Shown here: in pieces, positions 8,981 to 18,515 of the stretch
How positions within the stretch are numbered: the stretch's first letter is position 1
Layout of the letters: each line of letters starts with the position of its first letter
Assembly (NCBI GenBank): GCA_045546155.1
Contig: JAZQCG010000001.1
Span: forward strand, 24,525 to 88,524
Length of the DNA: 64,000 bases
Direction of reading: 5' to 3'
From: Candidatus Enterousia sp.
GTDB taxonomy: Bacteria; Pseudomonadota; Alphaproteobacteria; Rs-D84
Notes under the pieces: generated by a model
Seen by the model: the letters and a program-made list of their open reading frames with translations, nothing else
Told to the model about the DNA's origin: nothing
The model's database searches: none
Program-made: the position numbers and the translations under genes

Positions 8981-10753
8981 TTAAATCCTTTTTAATAATT
9001 CACGCATCACTGTTGCAGCTGTTCGTGCCGCGGGACTGCTTGAGCCAGAATGTTCCGTCACAACACATACAACGTATTTTGGATTATCCAGTGGCGCATA
9101 CCCAACAAATAATCCATGATTTCGCATAGACCATTTTAATTGTTCATTTGTTAATACACCGCTTTCACGTTCTTTTTTTGAAATACTGCGTACCTGGGAT
9201 GTACCGGTTTTTCCACCCATTTTCATACCGTTTACATTAACGGCACTACCGCTGGCTGTACCGCCACGCTGTAATACCTGTTCCAGTCCCTTTAATACAT
9301 GTTTTATATTTTTATCTTTTAACCGCAGTGGTGAAAATTTTGGGCCATGACCATCATTAATAATTTGTGGTACAACAACGCGATTAGATGCCACACGTGC
9401 CATCATAGTTGCCAATTGCAGGCAATTTGCTAAAATAAACCCTTGTCCGATACCTGAAATAATAGTATCCCCATGAACCCATTTAACACCAATATATCTT
9501 TCCTTCCATTTACGGTCTGGCATAACACCCGGCATTTCGCGTGCCAATACGTCATCCATAAATGTTTCTGTAAACCCAAGGCGTAATGCCATAGATTTTA
9601 TTGCATCAATACCGATGCGTAATGCCATCTGATAAAAATAAGTATCGCATGAATGTTTTAACGCACCATAAAGGTCGACTTTACCATGTCCTTCATCTTC
9701 CCAACAGTGGTATCTTCTGTCGCCATAATCCCAATGCCCTGGACAATATATTTTTTCCTTTGGATTAATTGCACCTGATTCCAAACCCGCTAATGCTACA
9801 ACAATTTTAAAGGTCGAGCCTGGTGGATATAACCCTTCGATAGCTTTGTTCATAAATGGTTTAGCAAAATCATTACGCAGTGTACTTATATATTCATCCC
9901 CATCGACTGCACGGAACATATTTGGATCAAAGCTGGGGGTTGAAACCATTGCTAAAACATTACCTGATGCTATTTCCATTGCAACACCGCAACCGGCGCG
10001 ATGTTGGGTAAGTGCATCATATAATTTGCGCTGGATATTATCATCAATTGTTGTTTTTATATCGCCGCCTGGGATTGATGGAATAAATTGTGTTTTATCT
10101 TCGCCTGTGACCCGCCCAACAGCATTTGTAATCATTACTGTTTGTCCAGGTGTCCCAGATAAAATATCATCATATCTTTTTTCAAGACCTGTAACACCTT
10201 TTGTAAAAAATGGTGCGTTTGGCACAGATTTACTTGGTGCGCCAACATATCCAAAAACCTGTGCACCGGCCGGTCCCATTTCATAAACACGTCCATACCC
10301 GCTTTCTACATGTAATCCTGGTAAATTCTTGGCCTGTATTTTTGCAAGATTTTCCCATTTTGCATTTTCACTTACCAACACAGGTTGAAATCTGGGCTGT
10401 TTATTAATTTTCTTTTTTATGCTTTTTATTGCCTTATCCCTCAGTCCTAAATCACGGGCAACTGTATCTACCAATAAATCGACATTATCAGATTCTTCGG
10501 GAATAATATAAATGCGATAAATCGGTGCATCGCGTGAAATAGGATTACCATTTGATGATAAAATTTGACCGCGCACCGCCATATCCAGTTGCATACGATA
10601 TGAATTGTTTTGGCTTTTTTTTGTGTAATCACGATAATCAAATAATTGCATCTGTAACATGCGTATAACCAGCACAGATGTTAATATTGCGCCCCCTGTT
10701 AAAAACAGTGCGCTGCGTCTATCAAAAAGGCGTGCAACTTCTTTATCTATCAT
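8981..10753 (-). CDS. mrdA: Penicillin-binding protein 2 (elongasome transpeptidase)
   Basis: Active site STFK, then SCD and KTGTS motifs. Lies between mreD and rodA. Confidence 0.92.
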   Translation of the reverse strand: MIDKEVARLFDRRSALFLTGGAILTSVLVIRMLQMQLFDYRDYTKKSQNNSYRMQLDMAVRGQILSSNGNPISRDAPIYRIYIIPEESDNVDLLVDTVARDLGLRDKAIKSIKKKINKQPRFQPVLVSENAKWENLAKIQAKNLPGLHVESGYGRVYEMGPAGAQVFGYVGAPSKSVPNAPFFTKGVTGLEKRYDDILSGTPGQTVMITNAVGRVTGEDKTQFIPSIPGGDIKTTIDDNIQRKLYDALTQHRAGCGVAMEIASGNVLAMVSTPSFDPNMFRAVDGDEYISTLRNDFAKPFMNKAIEGLYPPGSTFKIVVALAGLESGAINPKEKIYCPGHWDYGDRRYHCWEDEGHGKVDLYGALKHSCDTYFYQMALRIGIDAIKSMALRLGFTETFMDDVLAREMPGVMPDRKWKERYIGVKWVHGDTIISGIGQGFILANCLQLATMMARVASNRVVVPQIINDGHGPKFSPLRLKDKNIKHVLKGLEQVLQRGGTASGSAVNVNGMKMGGKTGTSQVRSISKKERESGVLTNEQLKWSMRNHGLFVGYAPLDNPKYVVCVVTEHSGSSSPAARTAATVMRELLKRI

Positions 10754-11202
10754 TTATACACCCTTTTGATTGTTTGTGTGATTGGGAAATAAAGTACACT
10801 TGCCCAAATGATTATCCATAATGTTTTTAACAGATTAAAAAATCCAAAATGCCCCAATAATAATATCGTCATCCCAATACTAAAAAACAAAATAAACACA
10901 TGAATTGCATTTTTATCAATCTTGGTTAAATCGAAAAAAGTTTGAAATCCGTTAATTGCATAAAATAAACAATAAAACATTGTCCAGAACACCAATGTTT
11001 CAAATTTATAGTCAATTAAAAAACATAACAATATCGCAAATGGTGTAAAATAAGGTATTGGTCGCACAAAAGAACAATAAAAGATTGGGATTAGCGCTAA
11101 AATTCCGGCGGGATTCCAAAATGGAACAGATAATCGCCACAGGATTATCGCCGCCAACCATGGTGTCGCTTTGCGTAAAAAATGAATAATCCTTGCTTCC
11201 AT
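10750..11202 (-). CDS. mreD: Rod shape-determining protein MreD
   Basis: Small polytopic membrane protein between mreC and mrdA. The call is mainly positional. Confidence 0.7.
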   Translation of the reverse strand: MEARIIHFLRKATPWLAAIILWRLSVPFWNPAGILALIPIFYCSFVRPIPYFTPFAILLCFLIDYKFETLVFWTMFYCLFYAINGFQTFFDLTKIDKNAIHVFILFFSIGMTILLLGHFGFFNLLKTLWIIIWASVLYFPITQTIKRVYK

Positions 11203-12024
11203 TTATTTATATTCGCCTATTGCATCAAATTGTAAAACCATAACCCGTGATAATTCACGTGGGGTAACGGTTTTTACATCTGTTTCATTAATTATTTCTC
11301 CGACCATGATACCGTTTGGCAAAACACCGCTAATGTTGCTTGTCATAACATAAAGACCGTCCGATGGTTGGAATTGTGGGTCGCTAAAAAATCCAATAGA
11401 CGGTTTATTTGTACCATTACCCTTTAAAAATCCATATACACCCGTTCCTGCAATACGTACAGCAATATTAGAATCAGAATCCGTTATCGCGCGTACACGG
11501 GAAAAATTACCACCTGCATCAATAACAATTCCGGCCATTTTGTTATCCATCGATACAACCACGTTGCCACGCTTAATACCACTGTCACTGCCACGGTTAA
11601 TCATAAATGTAGAATTATGAAATGCGCTGTTATTATATATAACATCTGCAATAGTTGTTTTGTATGGCTGGGCTGATACCATATTAAGCTCGTTATTTAA
11701 CTTCTTATTTTCAGCAATTGCCATATCGCATGCATATTTATTAGCCAATGCCGCATCCAGTCGCGCCTGTAATTCTTCGTTTTCAGCACGTAAATTGGAT
11801 AATTCACGGATTCCATCCACTGAATTTCCAACCGCGCGAATTGGCCATGTAACTAAATCCCCCACTGCGTTTGCAACCGGCAACACAATATGCGCCAAAC
11901 CGTTCAAAATCGCATAATCGGGCTTTGCAATCATGATATATATAAACAAAATCGGTAAAACCGCGGCTGTGGCCGCAGATTTTATAATCGTATATACCCT
12001 GGAAGATAGTTTGTTCTGGTTCAT
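11203..12024 (-). CDS. mreC: Rod shape-determining protein MreC
   Basis: N-terminal TM, coiled coil (ENEELQARLD) and beta-rich C-terminus. Start set at MNQNKLSS (12022-12024), because the longer ORF would overlap rpmI on the opposite strand. Confidence 0.85.
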   Translation of the reverse strand: MNQNKLSSRVYTIIKSAATAAVLPILFIYIMIAKPDYAILNGLAHIVLPVANAVGDLVTWPIRAVGNSVDGIRELSNLRAENEELQARLDAALANKYACDMAIAENKKLNNELNMVSAQPYKTTIADVIYNNSAFHNSTFMINRGSDSGIKRGNVVVSMDNKMAGIVIDAGGNFSRVRAITDSDSNIAVRIAGTGVYGFLKGNGTNKPSIGFFSDPQFQPSDGLYVMTSNISGVLPNGIMVGEIINETDVKTVTPRELSRVMVLQFDAIGEYK

Positions 12025-12163
12025 CACGGATACTTTATACGTAAAAAATCCGATATTCAATAAAAACTTGATTTTTCCATAAAATATGCCAAAATACACA
12101 TCAGTCAAAGTGGCAGGCATTGCCACCAGACCATAAAAACACCTAAAAATAAAAGGATAGAAA

Positions 12164-12367
12164 ATGCCAAAATTAAAGACAAAGTCATACTTGAAAAAGC
12201 GTGCGTCTATGACCGCGACCGGTAAAATCCGCGTTGCCCGTAACGCCCATAAAAAATTGCTGCGTAAAAAATCTGCACGTGCAAACAATGCAGGTTCTAA
12301 ACCACAGTATTTGAACGAAAACATGGTTGGTCAGGCTAAAATCTTGGCCCCGTATGGTTTGAAATAA
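12164..12367 (+). CDS. rpmI: 50S ribosomal protein L35
   Basis: MPKLKTKSYLKKRASMTATGKIR... Confidence 0.95.
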   Translation: MPKLKTKSYLKKRASMTATGKIRVARNAHKKLLRKKSARANNAGSKPQYLNENMVGQAKILAPYGLK

Positions 12368-12382
12368 TAAGGGGGTTACATT

Positions 12383-12751
12383 ATGGCAAGAGTTAAACGT
12401 GGAACAACCGTAAAACAGAAACATAACAAGATTTTGGCGCGTGCCAAGGGTTACTTGGGCCGTCATCATTCAACATATCGTGCTGCACGTGAAAAAACAG
12501 AAAAAGCGGGTCAGTATGCATATCGCGATCGTCGTGTGAAAAAACGCGAATTTCGTGGTTTGTGGATTGTCCGTATTAATGCTGCGGTACGTCAAAACGG
12601 TATGACATACAGCCAATTTATGAACGGCTTGAAAAAGGCTGGTATCGCTCTGGACCGCAAGGTTTTGGCCGAAATGGCATATGCAGGCGATGCAAACTTT
12701 GTTAAATTGGTTGATACAGCAAAACGATTTAGCGCCGGGGAATCTAAATAA
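12383..12751 (+). CDS. rplT: 50S ribosomal protein L20
   Basis: [24 protein letters not shown]... Confidence 0.96.
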   Translation: MARVKRGTTVKQKHNKILARAKGYLGRHHSTYRAAREKTEKAGQYAYRDRRVKKREFRGLWIVRINAAVRQNGMTYSQFMNGLKKAGIALDRKVLAEMAYAGDANFVKLVDTAKRFSAGESK

Positions 12752-12782
12752 TCCCTTGTCGGCGGGGTATTTGTTTTGTAAT

Positions 12783-12810
12783 ATAAAGGTCGTCAATTGA
12801 CGACCTTTAT
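12783..12810 (+). terminator. Perfect 28-bp palindrome hairpin between rplT and pheS (terminator or attenuator)
   Basis: ATAAAGGTCGTCAA|TTGACGACCTTTAT followed by a T-rich tract. Confidence 0.6.
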
Positions 12811-12842
12811 TAGTATTAAATAGAATTTTTAAGGTAAAGATT

Positions 12843-13790
12843 ATGCAAGAGCAAATAAAAAACATAAATACACTGGATGAATTATCTGCGTTATACACAT
12901 CTGTGTTTGGTAAAAATGGCACGATGACCGCGCGTTTAAAAGAAATGAAAAATATGGATAATGATGCGCGCGTGGCATTAAATCTGGAAAATCAAACACT
13001 GCGCGAATTATTTAAAACACGCCAAACTGAAATTGAAAATGCAGTATTGATGGCGGGTTTAAAGAAACAAAAATTGGATGTGTCTTTAAATGCAGCGCCT
13101 GAAAATCGTGGCACACTTCATCCAATGACACAAAGTTTAATTGAAATTTCAGAAATTCTGGAATCGTTTGGTTACACACCCCACACCGGGCCAGAGGTCG
13201 AAGATGATTGGCATAACTTTACCGCGTTAAATACGCCGGACTATCATCCGGCACGCGATATGCAGGATACGTTTTTCTTGTATAATGGTAATGTAATGCG
13301 TACCCAGACATCTGCGATTCAAATTCGCACAATGGAGCGTACTGGCGCGCCTATCAAAATGTTTGGTATTGGTGCAACATACAGAAAGGAAATGGATGCA
13401 ACACACGCACCGATGTTCGGACAAATCGAAGGGCTGTATGTTAATAAAAACATTACAATGTCGGATTTAATTGGCGATATTCGTGCATTTTTAAAACGCT
13501 TCTTTGAAATGGATGATGTTGAATTGCGTATTCGCCCATCTTATTTCCCGTTCACAGACCCATCAATAGAGGTTGATATGAAGTGGAAAAACGGCCGTTG
13601 GCTGGAAATTATGGGTGCGGGCATGGTTCATTCAAACGTTCTGCGTAATTGCGGTATTAACCCAGATGAATATCAGGGATTTGCGTTCGGCTTTGGTTGG
13701 GATCGCCTAGCGATGTTAAAATATGATTTGCCAGATTTGCGTGATTTTCGTGGCAATGATGTCAGATGGTTAAAAAGTGCTGGATTTTAA
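12843..13790 (+). CDS. pheS: Phenylalanine--tRNA ligase alpha subunit
   Basis: Class II core motifs (HPARDMQDTF, RTQTS, FPFTDPS, GAGMVH). Confidence 0.95.
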   Translation: MQEQIKNINTLDELSALYTSVFGKNGTMTARLKEMKNMDNDARVALNLENQTLRELFKTRQTEIENAVLMAGLKKQKLDVSLNAAPENRGTLHPMTQSLIEISEILESFGYTPHTGPEVEDDWHNFTALNTPDYHPARDMQDTFFLYNGNVMRTQTSAIQIRTMERTGAPIKMFGIGATYRKEMDATHAPMFGQIEGLYVNKNITMSDLIGDIRAFLKRFFEMDDVELRIRPSYFPFTDPSIEVDMKWKNGRWLEIMGAGMVHSNVLRNCGINPDEYQGFAFGFGWDRLAMLKYDLPDLRDFRGNDVRWLKSAGF

Positions 13791-13805
13791 TGTAGGGGTA
13801 AAAAA

Positions 13806-16109
13806 ATGAAATGGACATATGATTGGTTAAAAGAATATCTGGATACGGATTTATCGCCCGAACAAATCGCAGATGAATTGACGCGTATTGGTCTAGAGGT
13901 TGAAGATTTAATAACCCCGATTGCCCCAATTGCGGCGCGTATTGTTGAATGCAAACCACATGAAAACAGTGACCATTTGCATGTGCTTATGGTTGATGAT
14001 GGAACGGGCACATTGCGCCAGGTTGTCTGTGGCGCGCCAAATGCACGTGTGGGATTGGTTTCTGCGCTGGCGGTGCCGGGATGTGTTATTGATGGACATG
14101 AAATAACATCTGGTAAATTACGTGGTGTGGTGTCCAACGGTATGATGTGCAGTGCCAAAGAACTGGGCATTGGTGACGATCACAGTGGTATTATTGAACT
14201 GGATGAAAATACAAAAATTGGTTCGCCTGTATTGGATACAAAAACAGTATTTGATGCAGGTATTACCCCAAATCGTCCAGATTATTTGTCGGTTCGTGGT
14301 ATTGCGCGTGATTTGTCAGCGTCCAATGCTGGTAAATATATCGCGCCATGTGACACAGAATTTAAACAGGTTGCTGGCAATCGTCGCGCAGTTATTAAAA
14401 CAGATAAATGTGCGACATATAAACTGATTGAAATCAGTGGTGTAAAAATCGCCCCCAGCACTGATAAAATTGCATCACGCATGCGTGCAATTGGCATTAA
14501 TCCAAAAAATGCAGCAATCGATGCAACAAACTATATTTGTTATGACATGGCCCAGCCTATGCATTGCTTTGATGCAGACCAAATTCACGGCGATATTGTT
14601 GTACGTATGGCGGAATCTGGCGAAAAGTTTACTGATTTGTTCGGTTCTGAACACGAATTAACGGACCGTGATATGGTTATTGCCGATGATATGGGAATTT
14701 TGGCATTGGCGGGTGTTATTGGCGGTGCACGTGCATCAACTACAAACGATACAAAAAATATTATCTTGGAATCTGCGTATTTTGATCCGGTATCTGTTCG
14801 TAAATCTGCGAAAAGAATCGGTATGTCAACCGATGCGTCATATCGATATGAACGCGGGATTGATCCAACGATAACTGGCGCGGCTGCAATGCGTGCTGCT
14901 GAGATAATAATGGACGTGTGTGGTGGTAAAATCACAACGGCATATGTTGCGGGTTCGGATAAAACACCAAACGTACAAATTAAATATAATCCAAATATCT
15001 TTGCGAAAAAGACAGGCGCAGATATGGATGAAAATATCCAACGTGATATTTTAGAAAAATTGGGCTATACGCTGGAAATCCAGGGGGATACATGGTTGGT
15101 TACACCACCAACACGTCGTGTTGATGTTCAAATCCCCGAAACAATCGTGGCGGATTTACTGCGTATATATGGTTATGAAAAATTGGCATTATCTGCCACG
15201 CATACGATTGGGGATGTTGAAAAAAAATATAATCACGAATTATATTTAAAACGTCATCTGGCATCACGTGGTTTAAATGAATGTTGTTCGTATGCGTTTG
15301 GTAACAGTGTTGTTGAACAATTATTATCAGATAAACCGATTGTAAAGATTGCTAATCCAATTACAACCGATATGGATACAGCACGTAATAATTTATTAGG
15401 TGGTTTACTGCAAACGGTATCTAATAATGAAAAGCGCGGCTTCGCAGATTTAAATCTGTTTGAACTGGGGACTGTGTTTGATGGCGATATGCCGGGTATG
15501 CAACATACGTCACTGTGTATTGTTCGTACGGGGCGTAACGGGCCAAAGCATTGGCAATCACGCACACGTGACGTTGATATATACGATGTAAAAAATGATA
15601 TTATATCAATGTTAAACGGCCAGAAATTTACCATATCCACCGATGATGTGCCACACTGGGCGCATCCATACAGATATGGAAAAATCGTCCAGGGCAAACG
15701 CATATTGGCAGAATTTGGTGAATTACATCCATCAATTGCGAAACAGTTACGTATCAAGACAAACGTTGTAATTGCGATTGTTGATGATATAAACAATATG
15801 CCGAAAAAACGTGTTGGCAAGAATATTACACCATCTGAATTTCAGCCAATTACACGTGATTTTGCATTTATTGTAGATATGGATACGCCATCTGAAAATT
15901 TAACAGGTGCGGCGTTTGCAGCAGACGCACGTATATCAGACGTTATTGTATTTGATGCGTTTGATATGGGGGATGGTAAAAAATCAATTGCGTTTACAAT
16001 CACTGTTGAGCCACGTGAAAACATGTCTGATACAGATTTGTTAAAAATCCAGGATTCTGTGATTCAATCTGTTGAAAAGAAATGTAATGCAAAAATACGT
16101 GATAAATAA
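13806..16109 (+). CDS. pheT: Phenylalanine--tRNA ligase beta subunit
   Basis: N-terminal tRNA-binding domain (VVCGAPN), B3/4 and B5 regions. Follows pheS. Confidence 0.95.
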   Translation: MKWTYDWLKEYLDTDLSPEQIADELTRIGLEVEDLITPIAPIAARIVECKPHENSDHLHVLMVDDGTGTLRQVVCGAPNARVGLVSALAVPGCVIDGHEITSGKLRGVVSNGMMCSAKELGIGDDHSGIIELDENTKIGSPVLDTKTVFDAGITPNRPDYLSVRGIARDLSASNAGKYIAPCDTEFKQVAGNRRAVIKTDKCATYKLIEISGVKIAPSTDKIASRMRAIGINPKNAAIDATNYICYDMAQPMHCFDADQIHGDIVVRMAESGEKFTDLFGSEHELTDRDMVIADDMGILALAGVIGGARASTTNDTKNIILESAYFDPVSVRKSAKRIGMSTDASYRYERGIDPTITGAAAMRAAEIIMDVCGGKITTAYVAGSDKTPNVQIKYNPNIFAKKTGADMDENIQRDILEKLGYTLEIQGDTWLVTPPTRRVDVQIPETIVADLLRIYGYEKLALSATHTIGDVEKKYNHELYLKRHLASRGLNECCSYAFGNSVVEQLLSDKPIVKIANPITTDMDTARNNLLGGLLQTVSNNEKRGFADLNLFELGTVFDGDMPGMQHTSLCIVRTGRNGPKHWQSRTRDVDIYDVKNDIISMLNGQKFTISTDDVPHWAHPYRYGKIVQGKRILAEFGELHPSIAKQLRIKTNVVIAIVDDINNMPKKRVGKNITPSEFQPITRDFAFIVDMDTPSENLTGAAFAADARISDVIVFDAFDMGDGKKSIAFTITVEPRENMSDTDLLKIQDSVIQSVEKKCNAKIRDK

Positions 16110-16114
16110 AAACG

Positions 16115-16137
16115 TCCCGCATGTTTGCGGGATTTTT
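16115..16137 (+). terminator. Intrinsic terminator after pheT
   Basis: TCCCGC-ATGTTT-GCGGGA followed by TTTTT. Confidence 0.75.
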
Positions 16138-16212
16138 AGTGTGTAGTGCAAGTGGTTAGTGAACAGTGTTTGTATCTATTCGTTGCATACAAGCACTAAC
16201 CACTTATCACTA
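16138..16212. repeat. GGTTAGTG-family inverted-repeat element
   Basis: AGTGGTTAGTG (16151-16161) and its exact reverse complement CACTAACCACT (16194-16204). The leader AGTGTGTAGTGCAAGT resembles 24985-25000. Confidence 0.75.
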
Positions 16213-18459
16213 TGATAATATTTTTATTTCCTTGGTTGCAGGATAATAAATTCGTGGTGTACCCGTGTACCCCAGTGCACGATGATGCGATGCCACCAAG
16301 AATTCTGGCAACGGTGGCGCTTCGCCCATTTGGATTTTGTTATAAAGTTCTTTTTCGACCTTGGATGTATTTTTAAACCATCTTTCTTGGTCGGCTTCAA
16401 TCGGACGATTATAGTGTCCCTGAATAATAACCAGCTGTTTTCCTTCTGGTAATTTCATAATATCCATTGGGGTATAAAGCAATGATTCCTTGGTAACTTC
16501 TTTGTCGTCTGCACCCTTTTCCTTCTTCATTTTCATGCCCATCATTTTAGAAAAACGGTCGGCTGTATTCGGGTCATTCTGGCGTAAAATAATTTTAGCA
16601 GCAGTGGTTGAAATAATAGTGTCTGCGGCTTCGTGTCCGTATTTTTCGGCAATCTGGTTTAAATCCTGCCCGATTAACAGGTATGAAATTTTTTGTCCAC
16701 GCCCCAGGTCTGGCCCCTGAATAACAGCCTGCATTTTTTGCATCTTGGGCATTTCGTCCAGTACAAATAATACTGGATATGGTCCTAATTCTTGACCTTG
16801 GTGATTGCCGCCTGGGGCGTTTGCTAGCAAGAAGTTTGACATTAATTCAATAAATATTGCTGTAATTGGATTTAATGCCTGGGCATCAACCATATTAATA
16901 GACAGGTACACCGTAACTGGTTTCATTTTTCCATCACGTGGGTCTACAATTCCGCGCAGGTCTGAAAAATGAAAATCTGAATGTGATGTACGATTTCGTA
17001 CCGCAGCATTACGGAAAATGGTTAATCCCGACAACGCTGTTGACATAATAGAACCACGTTCCTTGTCTGGGGTGTTTGCTAGTTGTGTTAATTCTTGCAC
17101 TGCACGGTGTGCGTATGCGTATTGACGTGCTTCTTCAACAGCATCTTGGAATAATTCTTTTAATGGGTCGGCCATCATAACCATTTGGTCGCCGGCTTTT
17201 CTGCGTTCATCCATTTGACGTGCAATTTCAATCTGACTGGCGGTAAGCCAATCCAGAATCATCGGAAATGATGCTTCTTTACCGCGCCATGCGTCTGGGA
17301 TATTTGCCCATGTTCCAACATGAACATAATTCATTGCGTTTAATTCGCCACGTTGCAACATTGCGTGTGCGGCATATGCGTTTGGGTCGGTCATCATTGA
17401 TAAATAATAATCAGACAGCACAGCTGCATCTTCGGCATTAAATGTGCCATTTGTCATACGGGCATAGAAATAATCATCGGCCTTGGCACGTTCAACCTTG
17501 GACACGATATATTGTACAAACCCGGTTAACGCCGCGCGCCCAGTTATTGTCCAGTGCGGGTCGGCAGACGAGCCCGAACGGTCTGGAATCAACGTATTGC
17601 AAATTGAATCAATATACAAATCGCGTTGTTCTTGGTTAAACGGCACATGTTCGGGCGATAGCGGATTCCATGACGGATAATAAATACCGCGTGCTGGGTC
17701 ATCTTGCCCCGCCCAGTTCATGATAAATACCGGACCAACTGTTGCGCGATATGCACTTGTATTTTGTTTTAGTTCTGGTTTTGGGTCGTTAATAATCATT
17801 GAAACGGTATCGCACTCTAAGATAGTTGGAATAACAACACCTGCGGTTTTACCAGTTCCCGGGGGCGCAACCAACAGTGCAGATAATGCTTCATCGAACA
17901 TCAAAGGGACACTTTTTCCTTTGTTTTTAAAGTATCCTAATACCATCATAAAACCATTAAACAACCCTTCTTTGTTTTTCCAGTTTTGGGCCATCTTTTT
18001 AATATCTGCGGCGGTTGCTTTGTTGGATGATTTTTCATCGAACTTATCCTTGCCGTGTGGGTTAAATTCATCGGTAAATGTACCATCCGACAGAAAATAG
18101 TACGCGATAATTGGTAACAATGGCACCATACATGCCATATCTGTTCTGAAAACGCACCGCCAAACCCAGGCCGGCAATTCTGCAATCGCAGATAGCCCCC
18201 CACTGGTTACCAGGTTCATAAAATATGTTTTTGTCCATACGGATGTAGCAGGACTCCACCCATATCGCCAAATGTGTTCAATAACAAATGTTGTTGCAAA
18301 TGCCAATGCGCACGCAATCCAAATACCACATCCCCAACGAATTCGCCAAAATATTTGCGCCATTGGGGTCTTTTCGTGTTCTTTGTACGAACCCGATTTA
18401 AAAATCCCCAGGCCTTTGCCTTTGCCGGATGCTGATAAAAAGTTGAACTTCTTGGCCAT
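16210..18459 (-). CDS. virD4: Type IV secretion coupling protein (VirD4/TraG family ATPase)
   Basis: N-terminal TM segments, Walker A LLVAPPGTGKTAGVVIPT and Walker B-like VLFVLDEMPKMQKM. Length 749 aa. Confidence 0.8.
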   Translation of the reverse strand: MAKKFNFLSASGKGKGLGIFKSGSYKEHEKTPMAQIFWRIRWGCGIWIACALAFATTFVIEHIWRYGWSPATSVWTKTYFMNLVTSGGLSAIAELPAWVWRCVFRTDMACMVPLLPIIAYYFLSDGTFTDEFNPHGKDKFDEKSSNKATAADIKKMAQNWKNKEGLFNGFMMVLGYFKNKGKSVPLMFDEALSALLVAPPGTGKTAGVVIPTILECDTVSMIINDPKPELKQNTSAYRATVGPVFIMNWAGQDDPARGIYYPSWNPLSPEHVPFNQEQRDLYIDSICNTLIPDRSGSSADPHWTITGRAALTGFVQYIVSKVERAKADDYFYARMTNGTFNAEDAAVLSDYYLSMMTDPNAYAAHAMLQRGELNAMNYVHVGTWANIPDAWRGKEASFPMILDWLTASQIEIARQMDERRKAGDQMVMMADPLKELFQDAVEEARQYAYAHRAVQELTQLANTPDKERGSIMSTALSGLTIFRNAAVRNRTSHSDFHFSDLRGIVDPRDGKMKPVTVYLSINMVDAQALNPITAIFIELMSNFLLANAPGGNHQGQELGPYPVLFVLDEMPKMQKMQAVIQGPDLGRGQKISYLLIGQDLNQIAEKYGHEAADTIISTTAAKIILRQNDPNTADRFSKMMGMKMKKEKGADDKEVTKESLLYTPMDIMKLPEGKQLVIIQGHYNRPIEADQERWFKNTSKVEKELYNKIQMGEAPPLPEFLVASHHRALGYTGTPRIYYPATKEIKILS

Positions 18460-18515
18460 TGTGTTATGATTATATCAGAAAAAAGCAATCGGATAAATAT
18501 GGAAAATGTGATTTT

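Noticed and set aside
12025-12324. 100-codon N-terminal extension of the mreC ORF
   Set aside because: It would overlap rpmI on the opposite strand and encodes Phe-rich nonsense. The MNQNKLSS start gives a normal MreC N-terminus with a TM segment.
12185-12922. Minus-strand ORFs 12185-12469 and 12470-12922 opposite rpmI and rplT
   Set aside because: Antisense to two ribosomal protein genes with unmistakable sequences.
15254-15820. 188-aa minus-strand ORF opposite pheT (also 13787-14170, 14585-14935)
   Set aside because: Antisense to pheT, with no independent start or SD context and no motifs.
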